64,000 nt of DNA from Desulfobacterales bacterium. GTDB taxonomy: Bacteria > Desulfobacterota > Desulfobacteria > Desulfobacterales > UBA5616. The notes below the pieces were generated by a model. It had not been told where the DNA came from. It was given only the letters and a program-made list of their open reading frames with translations, and did not search any database. The stretch is from NCBI GenBank assembly GCA_046483495.1, contig JAWODC010000015.1, forward strand, positions 1-64,000, in the 5' to 3' direction. Numbering within the stretch: position 1 is the first letter of the stretch; the number at the start of each line of letters is the position of its first letter. The position numbers and the translations under genes are program-made. Below, one piece after another: positions 20,661 through 31,513 of this stretch.

Positions 20661-21488
20661 GTGAGCTCGATATTAAAGGCACTAAAAAAACTCGAAAGGG
20701 AGCAGCCGCGGCAAGAACATGTTCGATCCCTTTCCACGACGGTCCGTGCACATAACCGAAGAGCACGGACAGCTAAACGGATCGGCGGTTTTTTTGCCGC
20801 CTTTTCGGTGGTTGGAGTGATCCTTTGGATTCTGGTTACCGTCATGTATAACGGTCATCACCAACAACGAAATTCGCCGACAAAAAAACCCGCCATGGCT
20901 CAGCCGGACATGAGGGCTGCCGTAACACCGTCAGCCGGGCCCGATTCGGCAACCATCCGGAACAGCCCGTCTTCGATCCAAAAATCGGGTCAATCCCAAA
21001 ATCCTGCTGAACGTGTCGGCAAAAAAAATTCGGTCAACCCGACGGAAAAGGTCCAAACCCGGCCGCAAACGGTAATTGCAGGCAAACAACCGACAACGAA
21101 GGTGAATACGAATTCAGCGATCGGCTTACCTGAATCGATTCGGGGGTCGAACCGAAACATCAGACAGGAACCCGTCCCCATCCAGGATGACGAAAAGCTG
21201 CGCCACACCACCGGTGAACCGGTTCAATCGCCCCCGGATGAAACACGGTCGGTCACGAATCGTATGGGCGAAGAACCCCGGCAAATTCCTGTTTACCAGG
21301 AAGGCGATCTTAAGCTCATGGCAATCGCCTGGGCCGAAAACCCGGACGGCCGGATCGCGGTGATTAACGGCGTCATCTGCCGGGAAGGCGGATCCATTAC
21401 CGGCGTTCAGATCGTTCAAATCGATAAAGAGGAAGTCATCGTTCAAAAGGAAGGCCGGGACTATAAAATTCCATTCAATCTCAGGTGA
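20661..21488 (+). CDS. ExeB/GspB-like protein
   Basis: MSSILKALKKLE start, single TM, low-complexity linker, AIAW...RIAVING C-terminal domain; follows ExeA. Confidence 0.85.
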   Translation: MSSILKALKKLEREQPRQEHVRSLSTTVRAHNRRARTAKRIGGFFAAFSVVGVILWILVTVMYNGHHQQRNSPTKKPAMAQPDMRAAVTPSAGPDSATIRNSPSSIQKSGQSQNPAERVGKKNSVNPTEKVQTRPQTVIAGKQPTTKVNTNSAIGLPESIRGSNRNIRQEPVPIQDDEKLRHTTGEPVQSPPDETRSVTNRMGEEPRQIPVYQEGDLKLMAIAWAENPDGRIAVINGVICREGGSITGVQIVQIDKEEVIVQKEGRDYKIPFNLR

Positions 21489-21500
21489 AAAGCGCCCGGA

Positions 21501-21722
21501 TTACTTCGGAGTGCCGATCCATAGCCGGACCTGGAGATAAGCGTCGGCCGCAATACCGCTTCGCCAGAGCCAAAGCGACAGGCAGGTGGCGATCAGGACA
21601 AACCAGTACAAAAATTTACTGGTGTGCCTTTCAAGGATCAGAATTTTAATCAAGGACCAAAGAATAGCAAAAGCCGCCAGTCCGAAGATCATGAGTTCCG
21701 GCCCTGTATACCCGAAATACAT
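21501..21722 (-). CDS. Small membrane protein
   Basis: 73 aa, two hydrophobic helices, GGAGGA RBS. Confidence 0.6.
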   Translation of the reverse strand: MYFGYTGPELMIFGLAAFAILWSLIKILILERHTSKFLYWFVLIATCLSLWLWRSGIAADAYLQVRLWIGTPK

Positions 21723-21811
21723 AGCGTGTCCTCCGGTATAATATTGTCCTCGCGAAAGCTTTTAATAAAAAGCCATATAATGGTATGGGGGGAAAAAGCA
21801 AACCCCTTTTT

Positions 21812-22870
21812 TTAACATTCCGGATAAGCATATACCTTCCCGTCAAATCCTTCCACATATATCATGCCGTTGCGGCTCTCTCTGATAAACTCCGGCACCA
21901 GTGGGATTTTCCCGCCTCCTCCCGGCAAATCGATCATATATCGGGGAATCGCCATACCCGAAATGCGACCCTGCAGCGACTTTACGATTCGTAACCCCTT
22001 GGCTACGGGTACCCTAAAGTGATCCGTTCCCTTTACCACATCCGGATGATGCAGATAATAGGGTTTAACCCGGATTTTCAATAATCCGGCGAACAGGTCC
22101 TTCAGCACGTTTGGATCGTCATTGATACCTTTGAGCAGAACAGTCTGGGATCCCAAAGGGATTCCCGCATCGGCCAATTTTTTACACGCGGCTTCCGATT
22201 CCAGCGTCAGTTCGGAAGGATGATTGAATTGAACATTGATATAAAGCGGGTGAAACCGGCTGAGCATGTCGGCAAGTCCGCGGGAGATACGGTGCGGGAG
22301 AGCTCCTGGAACACGGGTGTGGACCCGCAGCACTTCCACAAACGGTATTTCCCGAAGTGAGCTTAAAATGTCCTTTAGGACATTACCCCCCAGCATCAAC
22401 GGATCTCCCCCGGAGAGCAGAACCTCCCGGATTGCCGGGGTCCGCCGAATATACGCGATGCCGTCTTGAATGACATCCTTTGACGGAAGGAAGGATTTCC
22501 CGGCCAATCTTTTCCGCATGCAGTAACGGCAGTACACGGCGCATTGATTGGACACGAGAAATAAAACCCGGTCCGGATAGCGGTGGATAACGCCTGGAAC
22601 CGGAGACTGGTTTTCTTCGGAAAGGGGATCATCCCAGGCGATATTTCCATCGAGCTCTCTTGAATCCGGGACGACTTGCCGCCACACGGCATCCCCCGGC
22701 CCCTCTATTAAGGAGAAAAAATGGGGGCTTATCTTCATCGGATAACAGTCTGCCGCTTTTTTTATACGGCCGACATCAACATCAAACCAGGTTTTCAGAG
22801 CGTCCGGCGAGGTAATGTCCGCATCGGGTCCGGCCGGTTCAAAGCCGCCGCTTTTTCGTAATAATGTCAT
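21812..22870 (-). CDS. KamA-family radical SAM aminomutase
   Basis: HRYPDRVL, CAVYCRYC (CxxxCxxC), SGGDPL, QTVLLKGIND, DLPGGGGK; start uncertain. Confidence 0.9.
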   Translation of the reverse strand: MTLLRKSGGFEPAGPDADITSPDALKTWFDVDVGRIKKAADCYPMKISPHFFSLIEGPGDAVWRQVVPDSRELDGNIAWDDPLSEENQSPVPGVIHRYPDRVLFLVSNQCAVYCRYCMRKRLAGKSFLPSKDVIQDGIAYIRRTPAIREVLLSGGDPLMLGGNVLKDILSSLREIPFVEVLRVHTRVPGALPHRISRGLADMLSRFHPLYINVQFNHPSELTLESEAACKKLADAGIPLGSQTVLLKGINDDPNVLKDLFAGLLKIRVKPYYLHHPDVVKGTDHFRVPVAKGLRIVKSLQGRISGMAIPRYMIDLPGGGGKIPLVPEFIRESRNGMIYVEGFDGKVYAYPEC

Positions 22871-23058
22871 GTCAATGTTATTGTAATTTATAGTAAACCA
22901 ATATATCCATTCAAACGCGCCCGGACGTGAAGGGATGATTCTATCTTTCGGTTCCATATCCGAGAAATATCGTTCAAGCTTATTCGCCGGCGCTATGAAC
23001 ACAAAAATTAATGAATGTTACCTGATCGAATCACAAAAATCTACACCATGGAGTAATA

Positions 23059-23640
23059 ATGGGTGAAAAACAGCGATGCCGGTGGGTTGGTGAAGATCCC
23101 TTGTACATTGCCTACCACGACACCGAATGGGGAACGCCTCTTTACGATGACCGAAAACTGTTTGAATTTCTCGTTCTGGAATGCATGCAGGCCGGTTTAA
23201 GCTGGATCACTGTTTTGAGAAAGCGGGAATATTTCCGAGAAGCACTGGACGGCTTCGACCCCCACGTTATGTCACGATACGATGACGAAAAGCTGAACAT
23301 GCTTATGGCGGACACAACCATCATTCGGAACCGGCGCAAGCTTGAATCATCCGTTTTAAACGCGCGGGCCTTTATCAAGGTTCAAGACGCTTTCGGCTCC
23401 TTCTCGAATTACCTGTGGGGATTCGTCGACGGCACACCCGCTGTAGGAGGGTGGCGGTTTCCTTCGGAAGTTCCGGCACAAACGGTATTATCGAAAAAAT
23501 TATCCCAAGATCTGAAAGGGCGGGGATTTTCCTTTGTCGGCCCCACGATCTCCTATGCCTACATGCAGGCAGTGGGTTTGGCCAACGATCACACGATGGA
23601 TTGCTTTCGATATCGGGAGCTTCTTGAACAGGGTCGATAA
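23059..23640 (+). CDS. tag: DNA-3-methyladenine glycosylase I
   Basis: RCRW, YHDTEWG, LECMQAGLSW, FVGPTI, NDHTMDC. Confidence 0.93.
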   Translation: MGEKQRCRWVGEDPLYIAYHDTEWGTPLYDDRKLFEFLVLECMQAGLSWITVLRKREYFREALDGFDPHVMSRYDDEKLNMLMADTTIIRNRRKLESSVLNARAFIKVQDAFGSFSNYLWGFVDGTPAVGGWRFPSEVPAQTVLSKKLSQDLKGRGFSFVGPTISYAYMQAVGLANDHTMDCFRYRELLEQGR

Positions 23641-23672
23641 AAAAAAGGGATGTGCGTACCGGCGGCCGCTGC

Positions 23673-25343
23673 TTACTTCAGTGCAATTTTTCGCCCTTCG
23701 TCGAACCGGCGCTTAAATATTTCTTCCTGTTCATCGAGAATGTCATTGAGTATATTCATATTGGTCATCGGATTCATAATGACACACCTCAGCACAACGA
23801 CTTCACCGCCCATCTCCGGCTTTATCAGTGTGGTGCGGGAAACGAAACTGTTGCCCGCCTCACGCTGCAGCCGTTGGAGGTTCTGATTGATATCGTTTAG
23901 ATGCCTGTTGATTTCGAGCTTTTCTTCGTCCGTGGCCGTTGTCAACTTTTTCCTTATGTGCGCCGGACAGACGCGATAGGTCAAGATGTTCAGTTCCGGC
24001 GGGGTGACAAGCTGAAAATTTTCCCTTCTTTCGATTTCTTCGGCAAATTCAGAGGCTGTTTCGATGCCGTGTTCGATCAAAAGCGCGTATCCCTTGCCAC
24101 CCATAATCTTCAACGTGCTGTCTAGAATCAACGAATTGGCTTCCCTGGAGCCGGCCAGCGATTTTATCCCCAAATCAACCGAACCCGGGCGGTTTACATA
24201 TCGTGAATGGTAAGCCACATATTCCATCCGGTGCGGGTCCTTAAAATAGACCATGCCGCAGGTCATGGGCATGTAAAACTGCTTATGGCCGTCAATCGTC
24301 ACCGAATCGGCCCGCTCTATCCCCTTTAACAATTTGGCATATTTGTCGGAAAGAAGGGTGGGCCCACCCCATGCCGCATCCACATGGTAATGAACGCCGA
24401 GGGTTTCGCTGATATCGGCCAATGTGTCAAGAGGATCGATTGCACCGGTTTCCGTGGTTCCGGCAATGCCGATAATGGCGATGATCCGGGTTTTTCCGTT
24501 TTCTCTTTGAAATTCGGAAACCATCTTTTTCAGGTGTTTCACATCGATCTTGTTTCGGCTGTCAACATCCACGGGGATGAGGTTTTGATTGCCGATGCCA
24601 AGCAGTCCGGCGGCCTTGCGCAGTGAATAATGGCCCAATCGTGATACGAGAACGACACATCGCTCGATGTTATGGGCCCTGTAGGCCGCGCAAATGCCTT
24701 CCTTTTCAACGCCCTCGAACCCGTCTTTGGCGAAAAGCAACGCATTTCTGGCGACCCATAAGGCCGTGGTATTGGCAAGCGTGCCCCCGTCTGTAAAGCA
24801 GCCCAAGGTGGTGCCGGGATTTTGAACGTGCTCTTGGTAAAAGGATTCGTCAAAATGATAGATCAGCCGGTGGATCTTTGCCAGCACCTGTTTCTCCACC
24901 ACCGAAACGACCTTCGATGTTTCAACCTTCACGACATTCTGGTTCAAAGCGGCGACTATGGTCTTCAAATGTACCATGAAAAACGGAATGGCAGATGTCA
25001 TATGGCCGACAAAGTACGGGGACGCAATATTCACCGCATGCGGAGCGATATCTTCGATCAAGTCGGTAATCACTTCAGCCAGCTTTTTCTCGGGATTCGA
25101 ACTGATCACGGTATCTTCATATTTTCGTGCCAATTCCTTCAGGCTGACCTCCTCGGTAATGCCGACATGTTTGTTCAAAAAAGCATGCAAACCGAAAAGA
25201 ATGGGCTCCATATACTTGAGTAGAATCGTTTTGGAAGCTTCATTTTCAGGCTTAATGAACGTGCGGATGAGCGTCTGCCAGTCAGCGACGAGTTCTTTTC
25301 GTTTGGCCGGGAAATTTTTTACTTTCGATGCCGTTATTTCCAT
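23673..25343 (-). CDS. panP: PLP-dependent group II decarboxylase (PanP-like aspartate 1-decarboxylase)
   Basis: FVGHMTSAIP, LNQNVVKVETSK, GGTLANTTALWVARN, HVDAAWGG, DGHKQ. Confidence 0.82.
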   Translation of the reverse strand: MEITASKVKNFPAKRKELVADWQTLIRTFIKPENEASKTILLKYMEPILFGLHAFLNKHVGITEEVSLKELARKYEDTVISSNPEKKLAEVITDLIEDIAPHAVNIASPYFVGHMTSAIPFFMVHLKTIVAALNQNVVKVETSKVVSVVEKQVLAKIHRLIYHFDESFYQEHVQNPGTTLGCFTDGGTLANTTALWVARNALLFAKDGFEGVEKEGICAAYRAHNIERCVVLVSRLGHYSLRKAAGLLGIGNQNLIPVDVDSRNKIDVKHLKKMVSEFQRENGKTRIIAIIGIAGTTETGAIDPLDTLADISETLGVHYHVDAAWGGPTLLSDKYAKLLKGIERADSVTIDGHKQFYMPMTCGMVYFKDPHRMEYVAYHSRYVNRPGSVDLGIKSLAGSREANSLILDSTLKIMGGKGYALLIEHGIETASEFAEEIERRENFQLVTPPELNILTYRVCPAHIRKKLTTATDEEKLEINRHLNDINQNLQRLQREAGNSFVSRTTLIKPEMGGEVVVLRCVIMNPMTNMNILNDILDEQEEIFKRRFDEGRKIALK

Positions 25344-25558
25344 AGTGAACGTTTCGAGGGTATCCTATTGAAATTTTCGCGATAAAAGCCGTTTTGATTT
25401 GTTGTTTCTTATTTTAACAGGCTCACCTATTTTGATACACGTTTAAAGTCAACAGATAAATAACTTTTTATTAAAAATGTGCGCTCGAAAAAGGAGTCTT
25501 GCCAAAACCCATCCATTTGTGGTTAAATTTAAAAAATATGCTTTTGGAGAAGGCAACG

Positions 25559-25942
25559 ATGCATGGGTTATTTATAAGATGGATTATACTGACGGTCGCC
25601 ATTCTGGTGACATCGCTTCTGCTTGACGGCATTCGTGTGAGCGGTTTCTTAAGCGCCGTTTTTACCGCCGCTCTTCTCGGGATATTAAATGCCTTTTTCC
25701 GGCCGGTTCTAATCCTTTTGACGCTTCCCATCACTATTCTGACCATGGGCTTGTTTATGTTCGTCATCAATGCCGTGCTCCTGATGATGGCATCCGGTGC
25801 CGTACCCGGATTCGAGGTGAATGGTTTCTGGTCCGCGGTTTTCGGATCGATCATTATCGGTTTGATCAGTTGGATTTTAAACCTGTTGATCAATCAGCAC
25901 GGCCGAATCGAATATATACGGTTTAACCGGTTCGACAATTGA
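25559..25942 (+). CDS. 4-TM membrane protein (YvlD / phage_holin_4_2-like)
   Basis: ALLGILNAFFRPVLILLTLPITILTMGLF..VINA signature. Confidence 0.85.
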   Translation: MHGLFIRWIILTVAILVTSLLLDGIRVSGFLSAVFTAALLGILNAFFRPVLILLTLPITILTMGLFMFVINAVLLMMASGAVPGFEVNGFWSAVFGSIIIGLISWILNLLINQHGRIEYIRFNRFDN

Positions 25943-26011
25943 CACCTCCATTTTTCAACATGTGCGACCGGGAGAAATCATCCCGGTGAATTTTATTCGA
26001 AAGGAGCCCTG

Positions 26012-26656
26012 ATGGATACGGATTATCAAAACTGGCTGTGGGGCAGGTGGGCGGAAAAATGCATGGAAAATCTCGTAAAAAACGGTTTTGATGCGATCTT
26101 TGCCGACAGTGCCGGTGATGCGAAGCGCATCGTTCTGGACCGTTTTTCACATTTTTCGACGTATGGAGTCGGCGGATCGGATACCATTCGGAAAATCGGC
26201 ATTCCGGATGAGCTCCGAAAAGCGGGAAAAACCGTATATGATCACTGGCAGGAAGGATTGTCATCCGAACAAGAGCTTGAAATCCGGCTGAATCAAGGTC
26301 GGTGCGACTGTTTTTTCTGCAGTGCAAACGGCATATCCTTAACGGGGGAAATCGTCAACATAGATGGAATGGGCAACCGCAACAATGCCATGACTTTCGG
26401 ACCCAAAAAAGTGGTGATTGTGGCGGGTATGAACAAGGTTGCGGAAAATCTGGATGCGGCGATCAAACGGGTACACGATATTGCTGCTCCCATGCGCGCC
26501 AAGAGCCTGGGAATGAATACCCCTTGCGCGGAAACCGGCATCTGCAGCGACTGCCATTCTCCTCAGCGGATATGCAGAATTACAACAATTCTTCATCGCA
26601 GGCCCGTAATCACCGATATATCGGTTTTACTGGTAAACGAAAAGCTCGGCTTTTAA
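26012..26656 (+). CDS. LUD-domain (LutC-like) protein
   Basis: GGSDT, SANGI, NIDGMGNR, GMNKV, PCAETGICSDCHSPQRIC. Confidence 0.85.
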   Translation: MDTDYQNWLWGRWAEKCMENLVKNGFDAIFADSAGDAKRIVLDRFSHFSTYGVGGSDTIRKIGIPDELRKAGKTVYDHWQEGLSSEQELEIRLNQGRCDCFFCSANGISLTGEIVNIDGMGNRNNAMTFGPKKVVIVAGMNKVAENLDAAIKRVHDIAAPMRAKSLGMNTPCAETGICSDCHSPQRICRITTILHRRPVITDISVLLVNEKLGF

Positions 26657-26688
26657 GAACATGAAAAAATAATACCCTATAGGAGAAA

Positions 26689-27681
26689 GTGAATCGTATG
26701 AAATACTTCGCTCTAACGTTTTGTTTGCTGACTGTTGGGTTCGCCATTCTTATAACCCAGCCGGCAAGTGCTGTGGAAACGCCCGAACCGAACGAGGTTC
26801 TTGCAACCGTGAACGGCGCCGAGATCACAGAAAAAGAATTCAATGTGTCCCTGGACTTTTTCGAGCAGCGAATGGCCCTGCAAAACCAGGAGATCACGGA
26901 TGACCAGCTTTCCGAAGTGAAAAAACGAATTCTGGAAAACATGATCGATGCGGAACTGCTTCTTCAGGCAGCGAAAAAAGAAGGCTACAAACTGAATGAA
27001 GAGGCGTTTCAAACCCAATGGTCCCGTGTGGAAGAACGCATGAAAAATGATGCGGAATATAAAAAACATATCAATGACATGAATCTCTCTACCGGGGAGA
27101 TGAAGGAACAGATCAGGCGCCAGATGCTCATACAGGAGTTTGTTACCCAAAAATTTATTGAACCGGTTTCGGTATCCGAGGATGAAATCACCTCTTATTA
27201 TGAAGCCAATAAAGATTCCTTCCATACACCCGAGCAGGTGAAAGCCGGGCATATCCTCATCAAGGTAAACCCGGAAGCGGATGAAAAAGAGAGAGCGGCC
27301 GCAAAAGAAAAAATAAGGGACATTCAGGAGCAGTTGAAAGGCGGTGCCGATTTTTCAGCTTTGGCTCAGAAGTATTCGCAGTGTCCGAGCAAGTCCGACG
27401 GCGGAGACCTGGGATTCTTTTCCCGGGGCAAAATGGTCAAGCCGTTCGAGGATGCGGCCTTCAAACTGAAGGAGGGTGAAGTCAGCGACATCGTTGCCAC
27501 CAATTTTGGATTCCATCTGATAAAGGTGACCGATCGAAAAGAGGCATCGACAATGACACGCGATGAAGCGGCTCCGAAAATCCAATCGTTCTTGAAGCAG
27601 CAAAAAGTTCAGGAAAATGTCATGTCCTTCTTAAAGGAACATCGCGAAAAAGCCGACATCAGCCACAGTGCAGAATTCTAA
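26689..27681 (+). CDS. Exported parvulin-type peptidyl-prolyl isomerase (SurA/PrsA-like)
   Basis: Signal peptide, ATVNG, HILIK, GGDLGFF, MVKPFEDAAF, FGFHLIKV. Confidence 0.92.
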   Translation: MNRMKYFALTFCLLTVGFAILITQPASAVETPEPNEVLATVNGAEITEKEFNVSLDFFEQRMALQNQEITDDQLSEVKKRILENMIDAELLLQAAKKEGYKLNEEAFQTQWSRVEERMKNDAEYKKHINDMNLSTGEMKEQIRRQMLIQEFVTQKFIEPVSVSEDEITSYYEANKDSFHTPEQVKAGHILIKVNPEADEKERAAAKEKIRDIQEQLKGGADFSALAQKYSQCPSKSDGGDLGFFSRGKMVKPFEDAAFKLKEGEVSDIVATNFGFHLIKVTDRKEASTMTRDEAAPKIQSFLKQQKVQENVMSFLKEHREKADISHSAEF

Positions 27682-27860
27682 AACGTCAGGTCCGGAGGGT
27701 TGCCTGTAATGTGCAGCTCTCCGGACTTTACATCGGTTCCGCCCAAGGGCACAGTCCTCAGGAAAATGCCGCCTGAACACGTTCAAACGCCCGTTTTCGG
27801 CGACAACGTTATTGTCAACTCGTTAAAATTCCCGAACGGGCAAGCTATAAGTGGGGGGAA

Positions 27861-29504
27861 ATGAATGCTTTGAAGGATCTGCAGGCCTGGAAGGCTCTTG
27901 AACGTCATTTCAGACGAATCGAGAAGCGCCATATGCGTGACCTTTTCGTGGAAGATTCGGGACGGTTTCCTCGATTTTCCATGAAATTGGACGATATTCT
28001 GTTCGATTTCTCCAAAAACCGTATTACGGAAGAGACGCTGGCCCTGCTTGTCGATCTTGCGACTCAGGCCCGGTTGTCCGATTGGATAAACGCGATGTTC
28101 AGCGGTGAAAAAATAAATATCACCGAAAACAGAGCGGTTTTGCATATTGCCCTTCGAAACCGTTCCAACCGCCCCATTCGGGTTGACGGGAAGAATGTCA
28201 TGCCGGATGTCAATCGCGTACTGGAGAAAATGGCGCGTTTTTGTGATGCCGTTAGAAGCGGCCAATGGCGGGGAAGCGGCGATCGCCCCATCACGGATGT
28301 GGTCAACATCGGCATCGGCGGATCCGACTTAGGGCCTAGAATGGTTGTTTCGGCGCTTGATTTTTACGCCAAACCTGAACTGCGCATCCACTTTATATCC
28401 AACGTGGACGGGACCGACCTGGCAACGCAGCTCGCTGAACTCGATCCGAGCACAACGCTTTTTATTATTTCATCCAAAAGTTTCACCACGCAGGAAACCA
28501 TGATGAATGCGGCATCGGCAAAGGAATGGTTTTCGTCGAAGTTTCCCGGCGGCGACGTTGCAAAACATTTTGTAGCGGTGTCCACCAATGAAAAACGGGT
28601 GGCGGAATTCGGCATCGATCCAAAAAACATGTTCGAATTCTGGGATTGGGTTGGCGGCCGATATTCCGTATGGTCCGCTATCGGCCTTTCCGTGGCCGTC
28701 GCCATCGGAATGGCGCGCTTTCAGGAATTTCTCGAGGGAGCCCACGATGTCGATGAACACTTTCGCACTGCACCGTTTTCAGAAAACATCCCGGTGATCA
28801 TGGGGCTGCTCGGCATATGGTACACCAATTTCTTCAACGCCCAAACCCACGCCGTTCTGCCCTACGATCAATATCTATACCGATTTCCGGCGTATCTTCA
28901 GCAAGGCGATATGGAAAGCAACGGCAAGCGTGCCACCCGGCACGGGGACATCGTGGATTATGCCACCGGACCCGTTATCTGGGGCGAGCCGGGAACCAAT
29001 GGGCAGCATGCCTTTTTTCAGCTTCTGCATCAGGGAACCCGGCTTGTACCCTGCGATTTTCTCGCGCCTGCAATAAGCCTCAACCCCGTTGAGAATCACC
29101 ACATCGTGCTTCTATCCAATTTCCTGGCCCAAACCGAGGCCCTTATGAAAGGCCGCTCAGAAGCGGAGGCCTCAGCTTACCTCAAGCAAAACGGTGTATC
29201 GGGTGAAAATCTGAAACGGTTGGCATCTGCAAAGAGCTTTCCAGGCAATATGCCCAGCAATTCCATCATCTACAGGAAGCTTACGCCCAAAACACTGGGT
29301 ATGCTGATCGCCCTTTACGAACACAAAATTTTTACTCAGGGGATTATCTGGAACATCAACTCTTTCGATCAGATGGGAGTGGAGTTAGGCAAGCAACTGG
29401 CCAAGGTCATCGTGCCGGAACTTGAAAAGGATGCGCCGATCTCGGAACACGACGCCTCGACATCGGGTTTGATACATCATATCCGGAGCGAAATAAGGAC
29501 CTGA
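27861..29504 (+). CDS. pgi: Glucose-6-phosphate isomerase
   Basis: [41 protein letters not shown]. Confidence 0.97.
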   Translation: MNALKDLQAWKALERHFRRIEKRHMRDLFVEDSGRFPRFSMKLDDILFDFSKNRITEETLALLVDLATQARLSDWINAMFSGEKINITENRAVLHIALRNRSNRPIRVDGKNVMPDVNRVLEKMARFCDAVRSGQWRGSGDRPITDVVNIGIGGSDLGPRMVVSALDFYAKPELRIHFISNVDGTDLATQLAELDPSTTLFIISSKSFTTQETMMNAASAKEWFSSKFPGGDVAKHFVAVSTNEKRVAEFGIDPKNMFEFWDWVGGRYSVWSAIGLSVAVAIGMARFQEFLEGAHDVDEHFRTAPFSENIPVIMGLLGIWYTNFFNAQTHAVLPYDQYLYRFPAYLQQGDMESNGKRATRHGDIVDYATGPVIWGEPGTNGQHAFFQLLHQGTRLVPCDFLAPAISLNPVENHHIVLLSNFLAQTEALMKGRSEAEASAYLKQNGVSGENLKRLASAKSFPGNMPSNSIIYRKLTPKTLGMLIALYEHKIFTQGIIWNINSFDQMGVELGKQLAKVIVPELEKDAPISEHDASTSGLIHHIRSEIRT

Positions 29505-29535
29505 ATCCCCTGTCTTGAAAACCGGAAAGAACCTT

Positions 29536-30387
29536 TCATGCCAAACCGGATTTTTCCAACCATCGCAGGGAAAGCTCGAAATTTTTTTTCGCTGCGTCGG
29601 TTCGGGCAAAACCACCCTCACGCGGCGATGCAAGCCCTCTTAACTCCGTAATATTCATCAGGCAAAAATTGTTGAAGGCGGATTCGATTTCGGCGGTCAA
29701 TCCCATGGACTGCTCCATGTGGTTTATGGAAAATTTGCACAGCCTCACCCGTGATGGATTGTCCAGATAGTTGTCCGCAACCCGCTGTGCATAGGCAAGT
29801 GTCTCTTTCTCGAGCGATTCCGGGGAAAAAACCCGATTCACAAAACCATACGCATATGCCTCTTTGGCGGTAATATAGCGATGCTCGAAAAGAATTTCTT
29901 TTGCCCGTCTCGGTCCGATATCCCACGGAACGGAAAAATACTCGACAAATCCGGGCAGAAACAGGGCGTCCTCGGCGGCAAATACGACATCCATCGCCGA
30001 GGCCACCATCCATCCCCCGAAAATGCAATACCCATGGACCATTGCAATCGTGGGTTTGGCCGCATTCCGCCAGGACAATGTAAAATCGATGTACAACTTG
30101 CGCATATCTTCAAACAACCGGTGCACGTCCGAATCGCCGTGAACGGCATAACCCTGCTGCTTTTTATAGCTGTTGTCTTCTTCTGTTCCAATGTCATGAC
30201 CGGCCGAAAAAGCCCGACCATTCCCCGAAAGGAGGATTGCCCCGCAGTGCGGGTCGTCTGCGGCGGCTACCATTGCGCTGTCGATTTCTTCCAGCATCCG
30301 GTAGCTTTGGGCATTGAGGTATTCCGGACGATTCAGAATGATGCGTGCCGTTTTGCCGGGCCGATAGATAATGTGCTGATAGTCCAT
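29536..30387 (-). CDS. Enoyl-CoA hydratase/isomerase family protein
   Basis: LNRPEYLNA, AFSAGHD, KPTIAMVHGYCIFGG. Confidence 0.9.
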   Translation of the reverse strand: MDYQHIIYRPGKTARIILNRPEYLNAQSYRMLEEIDSAMVAAADDPHCGAILLSGNGRAFSAGHDIGTEEDNSYKKQQGYAVHGDSDVHRLFEDMRKLYIDFTLSWRNAAKPTIAMVHGYCIFGGWMVASAMDVVFAAEDALFLPGFVEYFSVPWDIGPRRAKEILFEHRYITAKEAYAYGFVNRVFSPESLEKETLAYAQRVADNYLDNPSRVRLCKFSINHMEQSMGLTAEIESAFNNFCLMNITELRGLASPREGGFARTDAAKKNFELSLRWLEKSGLA

Positions 30388-30419
30388 AGCATGCCTCCCT
30401 CGTAAATGCATGTCAATGT

Positions 30420-31091
30420 TCATAGTCCGAGGTCTTCATTGATCAGAACGATCTTGATCCGCCCTGGTGGAAAGCTCTTTTCGGTGATTGTCCATGTATT
30501 GCAGATCCTCATGGGGCTGCTGCAGTTACTGCAAACGGAAGTTTTTGTGCACGGCGGATCGAGTTCGGGATGCTCTTGATGATGTCGGATGGCATTCACC
30601 GGGGCAGCGTAATCTCGGATTCGCTGCATCGCGGCATCCAGATCGGATACGATCTTGTTCCGGCCCACGATAATCACGACATGCGTTGGGCCGAAGGTAA
30701 TGGCACCGACACGGTTACCGACCATATCCAAATTGACCAACTGCCCCTTTTGCGTCACGGCGTTGGTGCCGGTAATGAACAAATCGACCAAAAGGGCTTT
30801 TCGGCGCAGCTTCAATGCATCTGCAAAGGATATTCCCGGTTCGAATGTATCCAGGAATTCAAGCTCCGGCTGTTGCTTTATTGATTCGAAAATCCCTGTA
30901 CTTACGGCTGTCAGTGAATCCCCCATTGAAATCCGTTTGGCACCGCTTTTTAAAAGGATGACCTGCAAAACGATTTCTTTTGCTTCATGTCGGTCTTCTG
31001 CCAAATAGACGTCGAAGTTATTTTTCTCCAACCTTATTTTCAGATTATCCAAACGAGTTTTCCAGAACAGGTCATCTGCGAGCGTTATCAT
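30420..31091 (-). CDS. LUD-domain (LutC-like) protein
   Basis: TGTNAVT, NLDMVGNRV, VGRNKIV, PCTKTSVCSNCSSPMRIC. Confidence 0.85.
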   Translation of the reverse strand: MITLADDLFWKTRLDNLKIRLEKNNFDVYLAEDRHEAKEIVLQVILLKSGAKRISMGDSLTAVSTGIFESIKQQPELEFLDTFEPGISFADALKLRRKALLVDLFITGTNAVTQKGQLVNLDMVGNRVGAITFGPTHVVIIVGRNKIVSDLDAAMQRIRDYAAPVNAIRHHQEHPELDPPCTKTSVCSNCSSPMRICNTWTITEKSFPPGRIKIVLINEDLGL

Positions 31092-31140
31092 GCAATCCTC
31101 CACCCCGTCGTTACATTGAATTTTTTCATTTTCAGATGGG

Positions 31141-31476
31141 TTAAAAAGTTAGAGCCCTGTACCGGCTGCTGAAAAATCCGCCACCCGCTTTCTGCAGCCG
31201 CGCTTTTGGAAGTCCGTTTTCAAGAGCTTGCACCCGGCATATAAACCGCCACCCGCGCCTACGCCATTTAAACTGAAACTCTACTTCCTCCAAATCGCCT
31301 TCCCGCTCATGTTCGATGTTGAAAACAGCGTCGACAGGAATGTTCACTTTTTCCCCTGCAATTTGGATCCTGAACGGTTTGCCTTGTTCCAGACTGTCGG
31401 CGAGTCTTCTTAATTTCATTACCATCTGACCCGCCGGATATCTCTTTTCTATGTCTCTGTCGTCTTTTTTGGCCAT
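31141..31476 (-). CDS. Amphi-Trp domain protein
   Basis: RDIEK.Y......KLRRLADSLE.G.PF.IQIAGE....P......IEHERE...EEVEFQFKW. Confidence 0.8.
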   Translation of the reverse strand: MAKKDDRDIEKRYPAGQMVMKLRRLADSLEQGKPFRIQIAGEKVNIPVDAVFNIEHEREGDLEEVEFQFKWRRRGWRFICRVQALENGLPKARLQKAGGGFFSSRYRALTF

Positions 31477-31513
31477 AATGAAGGTGTCCTATGTTCGATG
31501 GCCGGCATTTTTC

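Noticed and set aside
21812..22870. Specific assignment as ablA, kamA or epmB
   Set aside because: No ablB, lysine-fermentation or efp/epmA genes adjacent; substrate cannot be inferred
25559..25942. Prophage suggested by a holin-family gene
   Set aside because: This 4-TM family is common on chromosomes and no phage genes are nearby
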